The notes under the pieces: model-generated
What the model was told of the DNA's origin: nothing
The model's database searches: none
The model's input: the letters and a program-made list of their open reading frames with translations, nothing else
Position numbers and translations under genes: made by a program
Shown: positions 1-7,894 of the stretch, in pieces
Layout of the letters: every line of letters starts with the position of its first letter
How positions within the stretch are numbered: the first letter of the stretch is position 1
Source of the DNA: a virus
Lineage: Duplodnaviria > Caudoviricetes
Length of the DNA: 64,000 nucleotides
Strand: one strand, 5' to 3'
Virus record (IMG/VR): IMGVR_UViG_3300025601_000007

Positions 1-149
1 TGAATGCTAATAGTGTATTGAGTTTTTTCATTGTTGCTTTGCTTTGTTATACCCTCAATGAGTTCAAAGGGAGAGTTGGGATGAAAAATAAACAGCGGAA
101 GTGCCATCTTCCTCCACGTCGGGCTGTGGCGGTTTTAATTTGTAACTGA

Positions 150-224
150 TTATTTCATTCCGTTCCGAAAGAACCAACCGAATTTGCGGTTGAACCATTC
201 TTCTATCCTCTTTAATGTTTTCAT
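150..224 (-). CDS. 24-aa microprotein MKTLKRIEEWFNRKFGWFFRNGMK
   Basis: ATG exactly 7 nt after motif 232-258; below the ORF-track cutoff. Confidence 0.65.
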   Translation of the reverse strand: MKTLKRIEEWFNRKFGWFFRNGMK

Positions 225-264
225 GATTTCAATGAGTGCGCTAGGGTGAATAGGATGAGATTTC

Positions 265-558
265 TCAAATCCCATTCAGCTTCCTAGCTAGTTTTATTTC
301 TTGTGGTGTCAGTCCCGCTCTTTGCAAGCTCGACAACCATCTGGTTTTCATTTGTGAGGGAGAGATTTCTCCATCGCAAGCGTAGTTCTCTGGAGCCTCT
401 GATGGCTCCATAATCACATACACTTGATTCTCTGTTAGCTTGGGTCTAAATCCCATCGCTACCAATTCATCCATTTGCTCTTGTTGGTGTGCTTTGTCGT
501 AAGCCTTCCAATCAATCTTGCCCGTGATAGGGTCTTTAAAGTCGTTCGTATCTGCCAT
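265..558 (-). CDS. hypothetical early protein
   Basis: ATG 7 nt after motif 566-592. Confidence 0.8.
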   Translation of the reverse strand: MADTNDFKDPITGKIDWKAYDKAHQQEQMDELVAMGFRPKLTENQVYVIMEPSEAPENYACDGEISPSQMKTRWLSSLQRAGLTPQEIKLARKLNGI

Positions 559-593
559 GCCCCTTATGAGTCACAAGGGAGAGTTAGGATGAA

Positions 594-914
594 TTAACTA
601 CCAAGCATTTTACGTACTGCATCCCATGATGCAATGTATTTATCTGTGTTCTGCTTTTGAACCACGTTGAGGTTGTAACCCAAGTTTTCCATCTCTGCTT
701 TCAAATCGGAATACTCCGCTTCTGTTGCTGGTCTTGAGTCAGCAATGCAGCCAACGTAATTTGCTGAACTATGTTGCCCTACGTGCTGGTAACTTGTAAC
801 GTGTCCGTTGCGGTCATCGACTTCGTGCGGCAGCATGGCAAATACTACATCTTTGAAATCTCCTGATTTGTCTGCTCTGAATACTACGTCTGTTACTGGG
901 TTATCTTGTTCCAT
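594..914 (-). CDS. conserved phage hypothetical protein (TSYQHVGQH...EY..L..E...GY pattern)
   Basis: ATG 7 nt after motif 922-948. Confidence 0.8.
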   Translation of the reverse strand: MEQDNPVTDVVFRADKSGDFKDVVFAMLPHEVDDRNGHVTSYQHVGQHSSANYVGCIADSRPATEAEYSDLKAEMENLGYNLNVVQKQNTDKYIASWDAVRKMLGS

Positions 915-951
915 GCTTCTTATGAGTTCAAAGGGAGAGTTAGGATGAAAT

Positions 952-1407
952 TTAATTACACAAAGTTCTATACTTTCCGTCTACAACTTCAACTGCTGTG
1001 TGCAGTGGATTCCCTCGCATGGACAAAAGCTCTTCATCTGGCAATGTAAATGTGATTGCGTGATACAAATGATTCGCTTCTTTTGCTTCAAACTCGAATC
1101 TCTTTTCATCGAATCCTCCCATTGCCCCAAATGGATGAAAGTTCATTTCAACTTTCTTGTCTAATCCATCACCAATCTGAACGGGCATTGTATCGTCTGA
1201 CATATATACTCCATTGATTCCGAATACAAAGTCTCCATTGAGGAAAAAGCATAAGTTGACTGCGTGGTTGTCGCATTCTCCTTCTATTCGGTCAAACTCG
1301 AAGAGGTTTTGAAGAATCCCCATCTTGAGAAAGAATTCTTGAACCGCTTCGAATCCTTGCTCGAAGTCTAGTTGTAATGCGTTGAGAAATATACCGTCTT
1401 GTTTCAT
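952..1407 (-). CDS. hypothetical early protein (start corrected to MKQDG)
   Basis: The track ORF starts at 1476 but runs through motif 1415-1441; ATG at 1407 is 7 nt after the motif. Confidence 0.8.
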   Translation of the reverse strand: MKQDGIFLNALQLDFEQGFEAVQEFFLKMGILQNLFEFDRIEGECDNHAVNLCFFLNGDFVFGINGVYMSDDTMPVQIGDGLDKKVEMNFHPFGAMGGFDEKRFEFEAKEANHLYHAITFTLPDEELLSMRGNPLHTAVEVVDGKYRTLCN

Positions 1408-1442
1408 GCTCTTTATGAGTTCGTTTTGTTTACTGGGATGAA

Positions 1443-1694
1443 TTAATCCATAACATTTTCTTCCATCCATTCCCAATCCACAATATCCACAAGCGACTGA
1501 ACCGAATTCATTAGAAACGAATTACCAAATGGCAAGTTGATTACGATTGCATCTCCTGCGGGCTTAACCGATTCAATGATTATTTGTCTTTGGTTGATTG
1601 GTGCATCGTCAGTCAACGTCAAGAGGTTTCCCGCTTTTTGTACGTGTGCTAACTTGCTTCCGAATCTTACTGATGTGTCTGTTGCTGCTTCCAT
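1443..1694 (-). CDS. hypothetical early protein
   Basis: ATG 7 nt after motif 1702-1728. Confidence 0.8.
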   Translation of the reverse strand: MEAATDTSVRFGSKLAHVQKAGNLLTLTDDAPINQRQIIIESVKPAGDAIVINLPFGNSFLMNSVQSLVDIVDWEWMEENVMD

Positions 1695-1735
1695 GCCCTT
1701 TATGAGTTGGTTATCTTCTTTGGGATGAAAAAACT

Positions 1736-1963
1736 TTAATCATTATTCAACCATTCATAATAAATCTCGTCATAACCCACACTTAATAGGTTTGCTAGTT
1801 TAGTGAAAACTCTTTCTCTTACAAGTGAATCACTCACACCCAAACAATCGTAAACGTTTGGTAGATTCTCTTTCAAATCTTCAAAGGTTACTGTTGGGTT
1901 GATTTCCGCACCCAATTCATCTGTTGGGAATTCTTCTTGATACCATTCTTTTATTTCCGCCAT
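1736..1963 (-). CDS. acidic hypothetical early protein (start corrected to MAEIKEW)
   Basis: ATG at 1963 is 7 nt after motif 1971-1997. Confidence 0.8.
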   Translation of the reverse strand: MAEIKEWYQEEFPTDELGAEINPTVTFEDLKENLPNVYDCLGVSDSLVRERVFTKLANLLSVGYDEIYYEWLNND

Positions 1964-2074
1964 GCCTTCTATGAGTTCAAAGGGAGAGTTGGGATGAATT
2001 ACAACGGTGGAATTTTGTCTTTTATTTGTTGTTCGGTTTCTCATCCCAACCCGCCAATTGCACTCATACCTTAT

Positions 2075-2150
2075 GGAAAACCATGCCAACGAGGGAGAGG
2101 TAGCCAAAAAGGAACGAGCCATTTCTAGCCCGTTCCTTGCACTATTTTTT
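2075..2150 (+). ncRNA. putative short RNA starting GGAAAACC and ending at a hairpin
   Basis: Motif 2041-2067 points here; predicted +1 is G2075, not an ATG; hairpin AAGGAACG..CGTTCCTT then a T-run. Confidence 0.4.
2109..2150. terminator. stem-loop between convergent units
   Basis: aaggaacg(2109-2116)/cgttcctt(2131-2138) flanked by A- and T-runs. Confidence 0.6.
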
Positions 2151-2161
2151 GTTAGGGAAGC

Positions 2162-2824
2162 TTACCCCTCGATGATGTAGCTTTCGCCACCTAATCGCGC
2201 TCCAATAATGTTCTCGATTTGAACGGTGCGAAACATAAACTCTAACTTTTGAAACTCTTCAAGGTTTGCTATGGCGTTTGCTTTCGTTCGTAATTCGTTA
2301 GCAAGTTCGGTGTTTCCTTCGTTTTCGGCTATTGCCGATTGCTTTAATGCGTGGTTGAACATGGAATTTTGTGCGGCTTTTTTGTCGTTTTGCGTCAATC
2401 CAGAATTGGTTATGTAGTCAGCGTTCCAAACATCTTTACGTTCAACGGGCTGACCGTTGCTAAACAATTGCGTTTGCGGCTTGCTGTGTGCCTCGGATAC
2501 AAAGCAAAGGTATTGAATATCAGGATTTTTATCTTTGTGGACAATGCAACGATTTTTGTCGTTTGCGTCATACGAACGCCCCGTCATTTTATTTGGTGTC
2601 CAATCGAAATTTAACCCCTTCTCAGTTAAGATACGGTCGATTTTAGCTTGATAAATGCTATTAAGCGTTGCTACGGTATTTACCGTTTTTTGAAGTGCTT
2701 TCTTCTTGTTAATAGTTCGTGACTTGCTTTCGTCTACGTGATATGTTAAGCCCGAAAAAGTTGCGCCTTTTTGCGATTTCATCATTTCGATGAATTGTGC
2801 TTTAGTGATTTTTTTTGCTTCCAT
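2162..2824 (-). CDS. conserved jumbo-phage hypothetical protein, copy 1
   Basis: 220 aa, identical to 3544..4206; ATG 7 nt after motif. Confidence 0.9.
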   Translation of the reverse strand: MEAKKITKAQFIEMMKSQKGATFSGLTYHVDESKSRTINKKKALQKTVNTVATLNSIYQAKIDRILTEKGLNFDWTPNKMTGRSYDANDKNRCIVHKDKNPDIQYLCFVSEAHSKPQTQLFSNGQPVERKDVWNADYITNSGLTQNDKKAAQNSMFNHALKQSAIAENEGNTELANELRTKANAIANLEEFQKLEFMFRTVQIENIIGARLGGESYIIEG

Positions 2825-2901
2825 GCTTATTATGAGTTGACTTGTTTTGTTAGGACGAAAAAACTTTGGTTTAATTGAAGAAACTTATGGTTTCTTTATA
2901 A

Positions 2902-2929
2902 TATACGTGAAAACGCCCGTTTGGTTTCA
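2902..2929 (-). promoter_or_regulatory. ECF-type promoter TGAAAC-N16-CGTATA
   Basis: Exact spacing; duplicated at 4284-4311. Confidence 0.65.
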
Positions 2930-2935
2930 TGCTTA

Positions 2936-3145
2936 TTATGAGTTGACTTTCGTGACACTCTTATATCCTGAGTGGTATGAATCACCCCATAAAGACGTTC
3001 CCATAAATCCGCCATACGATATAAACGTTTTGCTTACAGTCCGCATCGCTCCATTGTGGATAACTGTGTCACCAAATCGAATGGTATCAATGTGAACTTG
3101 CTCCGTTCCGAATTTCTCAATCATTTGTTGCTCGTCTGTCGTCAT
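2936..3145 (-). CDS. hypothetical early protein; stop codon lies inside an ACTCATAA half-site
   Basis: ATG 7 nt after motif 3153-3179. Confidence 0.75.
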   Translation of the reverse strand: MTTDEQQMIEKFGTEQVHIDTIRFGDTVIHNGAMRTVSKTFISYGGFMGTSLWGDSYHSGYKSVTKVNS

Positions 3146-3180
3146 ACCATCTATGAGTCAGGGAGAGCTAGTAGGATGAA

Positions 3181-3345
3181 TTATCTGACTGGATTATTTG
3201 CCCTCCAATCTTTGACGGCATATTTGATAGAACACATAAGGTATTTGTGACCCTCTATGTTGATAGTGCCGTTGGAATATTTGTAAGCAAATATCCCGTT
3301 TCTTATTTTCGTCTTGGAAAGTGGTGTAGAGAATAAATCAATCAT
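3181..3345 (-). CDS. 54-aa protein MIDLFSTPLSKTKIRNG...
   Basis: Lies between two identical motifs (3153, 3353); ATG 7 nt after motif; not in track. Confidence 0.75.
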   Translation of the reverse strand: MIDLFSTPLSKTKIRNGIFAYKYSNGTINIEGHKYLMCSIKYAVKDWRANNPVR

Positions 3346-3456
3346 ACCATCTATGAGTCAGGGAGAGCTAGTAGGATGAATTACATCAATGGAAATTTGT
3401 CTTTTATTTGTTGTTCGGTTTCTCATCCCAACCCGCCAATTGCACTCATACCTTAT

Positions 3457-3532
3457 GGAAAACCATGCCAACGAGGGAGAGGTAGCCAAAAAGGAACGAG
3501 CCATTTCTAGCCCGTTCCTTGCACTATTTTTT
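3457..3532 (+). ncRNA. second copy of putative GGAAAACC short RNA
   Basis: Duplicate of 2075-2150. Confidence 0.4.
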
Positions 3533-3543
3533 GTTAGGGAAGC

Positions 3544-4206
3544 TTACCCCTCGATGATGTAGCTTTCGCCACCTAATCGCGCTCCAATAATGTTCTCGAT
3601 TTGAACGGTGCGAAACATAAACTCTAACTTTTGAAACTCTTCAAGGTTTGCTATGGCGTTTGCTTTCGTTCGTAATTCGTTAGCAAGTTCGGTGTTTCCT
3701 TCGTTTTCGGCTATTGCCGATTGCTTTAATGCGTGGTTGAACATGGAATTTTGTGCGGCTTTTTTGTCGTTTTGCGTCAATCCAGAATTGGTTATGTAGT
3801 CAGCGTTCCAAACATCTTTACGTTCAACGGGCTGACCGTTGCTAAACAATTGCGTTTGCGGCTTGCTGTGTGCCTCGGATACAAAGCAAAGGTATTGAAT
3901 ATCAGGATTTTTATCTTTGTGGACAATGCAACGATTTTTGTCGTTTGCGTCATACGAACGCCCCGTCATTTTATTTGGTGTCCAATCGAAATTTAACCCC
4001 TTCTCAGTTAAGATACGGTCGATTTTAGCTTGATAAATGCTATTAAGCGTTGCTACGGTATTTACCGTTTTTTGAAGTGCTTTCTTCTTGTTAATAGTTC
4101 GTGACTTGCTTTCGTCTACGTGATATGTTAAGCCCGAAAAAGTTGCGCCTTTTTGCGATTTCATCATTTCGATGAATTGTGCTTTAGTGATTTTTTTTGC
4201 TTCCAT
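3544..4206 (-). CDS. conserved jumbo-phage hypothetical protein, copy 2
   Basis: Identical protein to 2162..2824. Confidence 0.9.
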   Translation of the reverse strand: MEAKKITKAQFIEMMKSQKGATFSGLTYHVDESKSRTINKKKALQKTVNTVATLNSIYQAKIDRILTEKGLNFDWTPNKMTGRSYDANDKNRCIVHKDKNPDIQYLCFVSEAHSKPQTQLFSNGQPVERKDVWNADYITNSGLTQNDKKAAQNSMFNHALKQSAIAENEGNTELANELRTKANAIANLEEFQKLEFMFRTVQIENIIGARLGGESYIIEG

Positions 4207-4477
4207 GCCTTCTATGAGTTGACTTGTTTTGTTAGGACGAAAAAACTTTGGTTTAATTGAAGAAACTTATGGTTTCTTTATAATATACGTGAAAACGCCC
4301 GTTTGGTTTCATGCTTATTATGAGTTAACTTTCGATAGTAGGATGAAAAAAAAGAAACAAATAAACAAGCCAAGTAAAGCGGTTTTCCACAAGGAATGAG
4401 TCGAATCCCCGAACCAGGATGAGAAACAAAGAATTTTCTTTTTTCATCCCAGACTTAATTCCGAACTCATTAAAAGC

Positions 4478-4771
4478 ATGGACATGAACAAAGCAATAGA
4501 AGAGTATGTATCTAAAGGGTTTAAACTTACATACCAAGACAAACAAAGGTATGCTAGTCTATACAAAAATGTAGACGTAGAGAATGTAAAAGTAGAAGGC
4601 TCAGATAGAGTTATTAGCGGTGAAACTATGGAAATTACCCAAGAAAAGATAACACAACATAATTCTTATAAATGCGGCTGGCTATGGGCAAGCAGCGCAG
4701 AAATAGTTTCAAGAAAAGGAAATGTGTATTTAAGTGGAAAGTCAGAAATAGTAAAAACGTTTTCGTCCTAA
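4478..4771 (+). CDS. hypothetical early protein
   Basis: ATG 7 nt after motif 4444-4470. Confidence 0.8.
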   Translation: MDMNKAIEEYVSKGFKLTYQDKQRYASLYKNVDVENVKVEGSDRVISGETMEITQEKITQHNSYKCGWLWASSAEIVSRKGNVYLSGKSEIVKTFSS

Positions 4772-4796
4772 TCCACAAAACCAACTCATAGAGGTT

Positions 4797-5141
4797 ATGG
4801 CATTTAACAGTGAACACTACAGAAAAGTATTTAGCGCACGCTCAGGAAATCGTGACGAATTATACTGCTTCGCCCTACGCAGAAAAATGGGCAAAAATGG
4901 AAGAGTAGAAGAGCATCCTTTGTATGGTCAGAAATTCAAAAAAAAGAACAGTAACAAAATTTATACGGTAAATTCAGTAAACATCCATTTTTGGGACGGT
5001 GGTTATTATTGGTTTGTTGTTTTTGAAGATGAAAAAGGAAGTTCAGCCCCACGACATTGGGAAAATATAAATTCAACATCTAAGTTAACGCTTGAATGTA
5101 TAAAAGAAACACAGGAAGATTTTACACTTTTTACATCCTAA
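4797..5141 (+). CDS. hypothetical early protein
   Basis: ATG 7 nt after motif 4763-4789. Confidence 0.8.
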   Translation: MAFNSEHYRKVFSARSGNRDELYCFALRRKMGKNGRVEEHPLYGQKFKKKNSNKIYTVNSVNIHFWDGGYYWFVVFEDEKGSSAPRHWENINSTSKLTLECIKETQEDFTLFTS

Positions 5142-5183
5142 AGGATTGACTTGACTCATGAAAAGAGAACAAAGCAACGCAAC

Positions 5184-5336
5184 ATGGAATACAACTACAG
5201 AAGTAAGAACGTAGGCAAAGATTTAATCTTTGCCACAAGATTAAGGCTCGCAGAAAAAAAAGGATTACAACTTAAAAAAGTTGGTGTTAAAATGTATAGC
5301 TATCTTATGAATGCAGAGTTAGGCATTATCCTTTAA
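5184..5336 (+). CDS. small basic protein (start corrected to MEYNYRS)
   Basis: Follows motif 5133-5159 and a short A/C-rich leader. Confidence 0.7.
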   Translation: MEYNYRSKNVGKDLIFATRLRLAEKKGLQLKKVGVKMYSYLMNAELGIIL

Positions 5337-5379
5337 TAGTATTTTTCATCCCAACCCACCAAGCCAACTCATAAAAAGT

Positions 5380-5607
5380 ATGAATAAAGGACGATTTATT
5401 ACCGCAAAGTTCACAAGCAAGTGTGCTGAATTAAACACTCAAGTCAAAAAAGGAACAGAAGTTTTTTATGACGCATCTGAACGAAAAGTATATAGTGCAA
5501 ATTCAGCACGTTTCAAAAGCGAAAGTGAATCAAAGTCTTTGGGAAATTTTATTCAAGCCCAAGATGATGCTTTTTATGACAACTTTTGTCAAAACAATAA
5601 CATTTAA
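5380..5607 (+). CDS. hypothetical early protein
   Basis: ATG 7 nt after motif 5346-5372. Confidence 0.8.
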   Translation: MNKGRFITAKFTSKCAELNTQVKKGTEVFYDASERKVYSANSARFKSESESKSLGNFIQAQDDAFYDNFCQNNNI

Positions 5608-5629
5608 AAAAAAGGGTCATTCCCTTTTT
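5606..5629. terminator. bidirectional hairpin AAAAAAAAGGG-TCATT-CCCTTTTT
   Basis: Short stem with A/T tails between convergent units. Confidence 0.55.
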
Positions 5630-5760
5630 GCTTTGACTCTTTTTGCAAAACACATTTCCATAACGTATGAGTCGAATTTCCGAACCAAGATGAGAAATAA
5701 AGGTTTTTTCTTTTTTCATCCCATAAGTCTCTATTGACTCATAAGGTAAAACGAAGCAAC

Positions 5761-6153
5761 ATGACACAAACAAATCACGAAATTATCAGCGCAAGACTTC
5801 AAGCCTTGCGCCCAGAAGGTAAGTATCAAAAACAGTCGCTCGAAGCAATGAAAAAAATGTACTTCGTTGACGATGCAAACCAAATAGCTTCTACTGAAAA
5901 AAGTTTGCTTTTAGGGTACGATTTTCAGAGCGAAATGCTACGTGGGGAAAAGCGACTGAAACGAGTTGAGAACATTGAAAGCGCAGTAGTAAAATTAGAG
6001 CGTCACGCCTATGCACCCGAAATGAATTGCCTACACTTCAAAAACGGTAAAACGCTTCAAGCAGAAGGGTTTACTGAGCTTAAAACCGCAATAAAGTTTG
6101 CGGCTATTTCACTTTCAGAGGAACAAATTAATGATTATATCGGTGCTGAATAA
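5761..6153 (+). CDS. hypothetical early protein (start corrected to MTQTNHE)
   Basis: Follows motif 5716-5742 with an 11-nt leader. Confidence 0.8.
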   Translation: MTQTNHEIISARLQALRPEGKYQKQSLEAMKKMYFVDDANQIASTEKSLLLGYDFQSEMLRGEKRLKRVENIESAVVKLERHAYAPEMNCLHFKNGKTLQAEGFTELKTAIKFAAISLSEEQINDYIGAE

Positions 6154-6201
6154 AGCATTGATATTTTTCATCCTGAAACGAAAACTCAACTCATAAGAAG
6201 C

Positions 6202-6669
6202 ATGGAAGCAACAAACGGAAATATCTTAGCAATTAAAATTAGCAACATCCTTAAAAACAATCTTCCTAAATCAGTTTGGAAGGAGGTTGCAGAGCGAACA
6301 AATATGTTCAAAGAGCCTTACATTAGAATAATGTTTGCCGCCAATGACCATGCAATAAATGGTGTAAGAGGGCAATTTCCTCAATGCGTGTCTTTATTGT
6401 TAAGTGTAAACAGTTTAGAACTGCAAACACAAGTGTACGGGGGAAATGGTGGTGGAGTTATCTACAGAAAACCAAACATGGAAGACCGAAAAGAAAAGTA
6501 TTTGGCAATGAAAAACGTAAAAATACCATTTAGAAAACCATTAAAAACAGAAGAAGCGGTACTTAAGGCGATTCAACGCTTTTGCCAAAAATGGGTCGAA
6601 ACACTCAAAGAACACAGAAACGTTTTGAAGTACACAGATATTGTTGACTATGACAAATTGTTGTCGTAG
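6202..6669 (+). CDS. hypothetical early protein (MEATNGN start)
   Basis: ATG 7 nt after motif 6168-6194. Confidence 0.85.
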   Translation: MEATNGNILAIKISNILKNNLPKSVWKEVAERTNMFKEPYIRIMFAANDHAINGVRGQFPQCVSLLLSVNSLELQTQVYGGNGGGVIYRKPNMEDRKEKYLAMKNVKIPFRKPLKTEEAVLKAIQRFCQKWVETLKEHRNVLKYTDIVDYDKLLS

Positions 6670-6707
6670 TTTTTCATCCCAACCCACCAAGCCAACTCAT
6701 AATAGTC

Positions 6708-7103
6708 ATGGAAGCAACAAACGGAAACATGATAGAGAAAATCAAAGGGAACATAATGGGAACAAAAAGCATTATTGCTAAATTCCCAAAAATGCGCAAG
6801 TCGCAGAGTTTTATTGTTTACCCCATTGCCAAAGATGGCAATGCCAAATTGATTAAAATTCAATCTGACACCCGAATGGGGCAAATTGATACCGAAACGG
6901 GAAAAGTGACTATTACAAAACCTTATCCTAATGGTGCATATTTTCACCACTTGCAAGGAGAAACACAGTCTTTCATTCTTTCAGGTGTAGACCTTCAAAG
7001 CTTGCGAATGGAAATATTCGCTTCTTCAAACTCAGAAGCTGGGAAAAAAGAAAATGGCGTAATTCAAACCGACAATTCAGGAGCAATAAATATCTTAGGG
7101 TAA
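6708..7103 (+). CDS. hypothetical early protein (MEATNGN start)
   Basis: ATG 7 nt after motif 6674-6700. Confidence 0.85.
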   Translation: MEATNGNMIEKIKGNIMGTKSIIAKFPKMRKSQSFIVYPIAKDGNAKLIKIQSDTRMGQIDTETGKVTITKPYPNGAYFHHLQGETQSFILSGVDLQSLRMEIFASSNSEAGKKENGVIQTDNSGAINILG

Positions 7104-7154
7104 ATCCATCCTATTCCACCAATGGAACTCATAAAGGGTAACAAACACAAAGAC

Positions 7155-7370
7155 ATGAAAATCACCAACACCAACACAACTCCAAACTTAGTCGCATTTT
7201 TAATAACAATAGCAGGCGGTGTAGGCTTTATCTACCAATTAGGTAGGCTATGCAAGCCTGAAAATGAAGCTTTTGGATTAGATGTGTGCATATTCGTGTT
7301 TTTTCTATCAATGTTCTTTACGGGGGTCAAAGCGTTGCTTGCTTGTACAACTGGTAAATTTTCAAACTAG
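7155..7370 (+). CDS. small 2-TM membrane protein (start MKITNTN)
   Basis: Two hydrophobic segments; follows motif 7106-7132. Confidence 0.75.
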   Translation: MKITNTNTTPNLVAFLITIAGGVGFIYQLGRLCKPENEAFGLDVCIFVFFLSMFFTGVKALLACTTGKFSN

Positions 7371-7416
7371 CAAAGAAATTTTTCATCCCAACCCACCAAG
7401 CCAACTCATAAAGGTT

Positions 7417-7572
7417 ATGAAGAAAGGAAATGTAGTATATTTAGATGGTGTGGTCAAATGCACTATCGAACACACAAATGGAATACTTTACGTTGTGACA
7501 AACGGAGAGCAAACACTTAGCGTATTCGCTTCAAGAATAAAAACCGAAAAACACCTAATTTGTTTTGATTGA
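7417..7572 (+). CDS. 51-aa protein (start corrected to MKKGNVV)
   Basis: ATG 7 nt after motif 7383-7409. Confidence 0.75.
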   Translation: MKKGNVVYLDGVVKCTIEHTNGILYVVTNGEQTLSVFASRIKTEKHLICFD

Positions 7573-7611
7573 TTTTTTCATCCCAATCTATTAAGTTAAC
7601 TCATAATAAGC

Positions 7612-7830
7612 ATGAAACAACTACTAATTATTTTCGTAGCAATCCTAATGGCTTGCTCGTTCGCCTCTTGCTCGTCACAACGAAGCAAAACAAAAGGCTT
7701 TAACTATCAGTCACACTCGAAAAGTAACGCTAAATCTTCGCGTTCAAACGCCAAAAAGTTCAAAGCAGCAGGCGGAGATTACACGAAGATGAAGTGTAAA
7801 AGACGTAAAAGTAAAAACCGTCGTAGATAA
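7612..7830 (+). CDS. predicted basic lipoprotein
   Basis: Signal peptide MKQLLIIFVAILMACSFAS-C lipobox; Lys/Arg-rich mature part. Confidence 0.75.
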   Translation: MKQLLIIFVAILMACSFASCSSQRSKTKGFNYQSHSKSNAKSSRSNAKKFKAAGGDYTKMKCKRRKSKNRRR

Positions 7831-7894
7831 TATTGTTTTTTCATCCCAGACCCGCAAACCAACTCATAAAATAAGAACAGCAAAACAATACGAT

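Larger units (their letters stand above)
1992..2952. repeat. Copy 1 of ~960-bp direct duplication (copy 2 at 3374-4334)
   Basis: Offset 1382 bp; identical 220-aa product; both ends lie inside promoter motifs. Confidence 0.95.
3374..4334. repeat. Copy 2 of ~960-bp duplication
   Basis: See 1992-2952. Confidence 0.95.
58..7867. promoter_or_regulatory. Array of 27 TCATCC-N15-ACTCAT motifs (putative phage early promoters / cassette boundaries)
   Basis: Minus-strand copies start at 58,232,566,922,1415,1702,1971,2832,3153,3353,4214,4320,4396,5667. Plus-strand copies start at 2041,3423,4444,4763,5133,5346,5716,6168,6674,7106,7383,7578,7841. A half-site lies at 2938. Span is always 27 bp and the base 8 nt after ACTCAT is always a purine. 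Confidence 0.85.

Noticed and set aside
58-7867. CRISPR array
   Set aside because: The repeat has a variable 15-nt core and occurs in both orientations; intervals are 50-800 bp and encode proteins; no cas genes are present.
58-7867. Hammerhead ribozyme or Shine-Dalgarno reading of the motif
   Set aside because: There is no CUGAUGA/GAAA core with flanking stems. The purine-rich 7-mer abuts the ATG, too close for an SD, and is not conserved.
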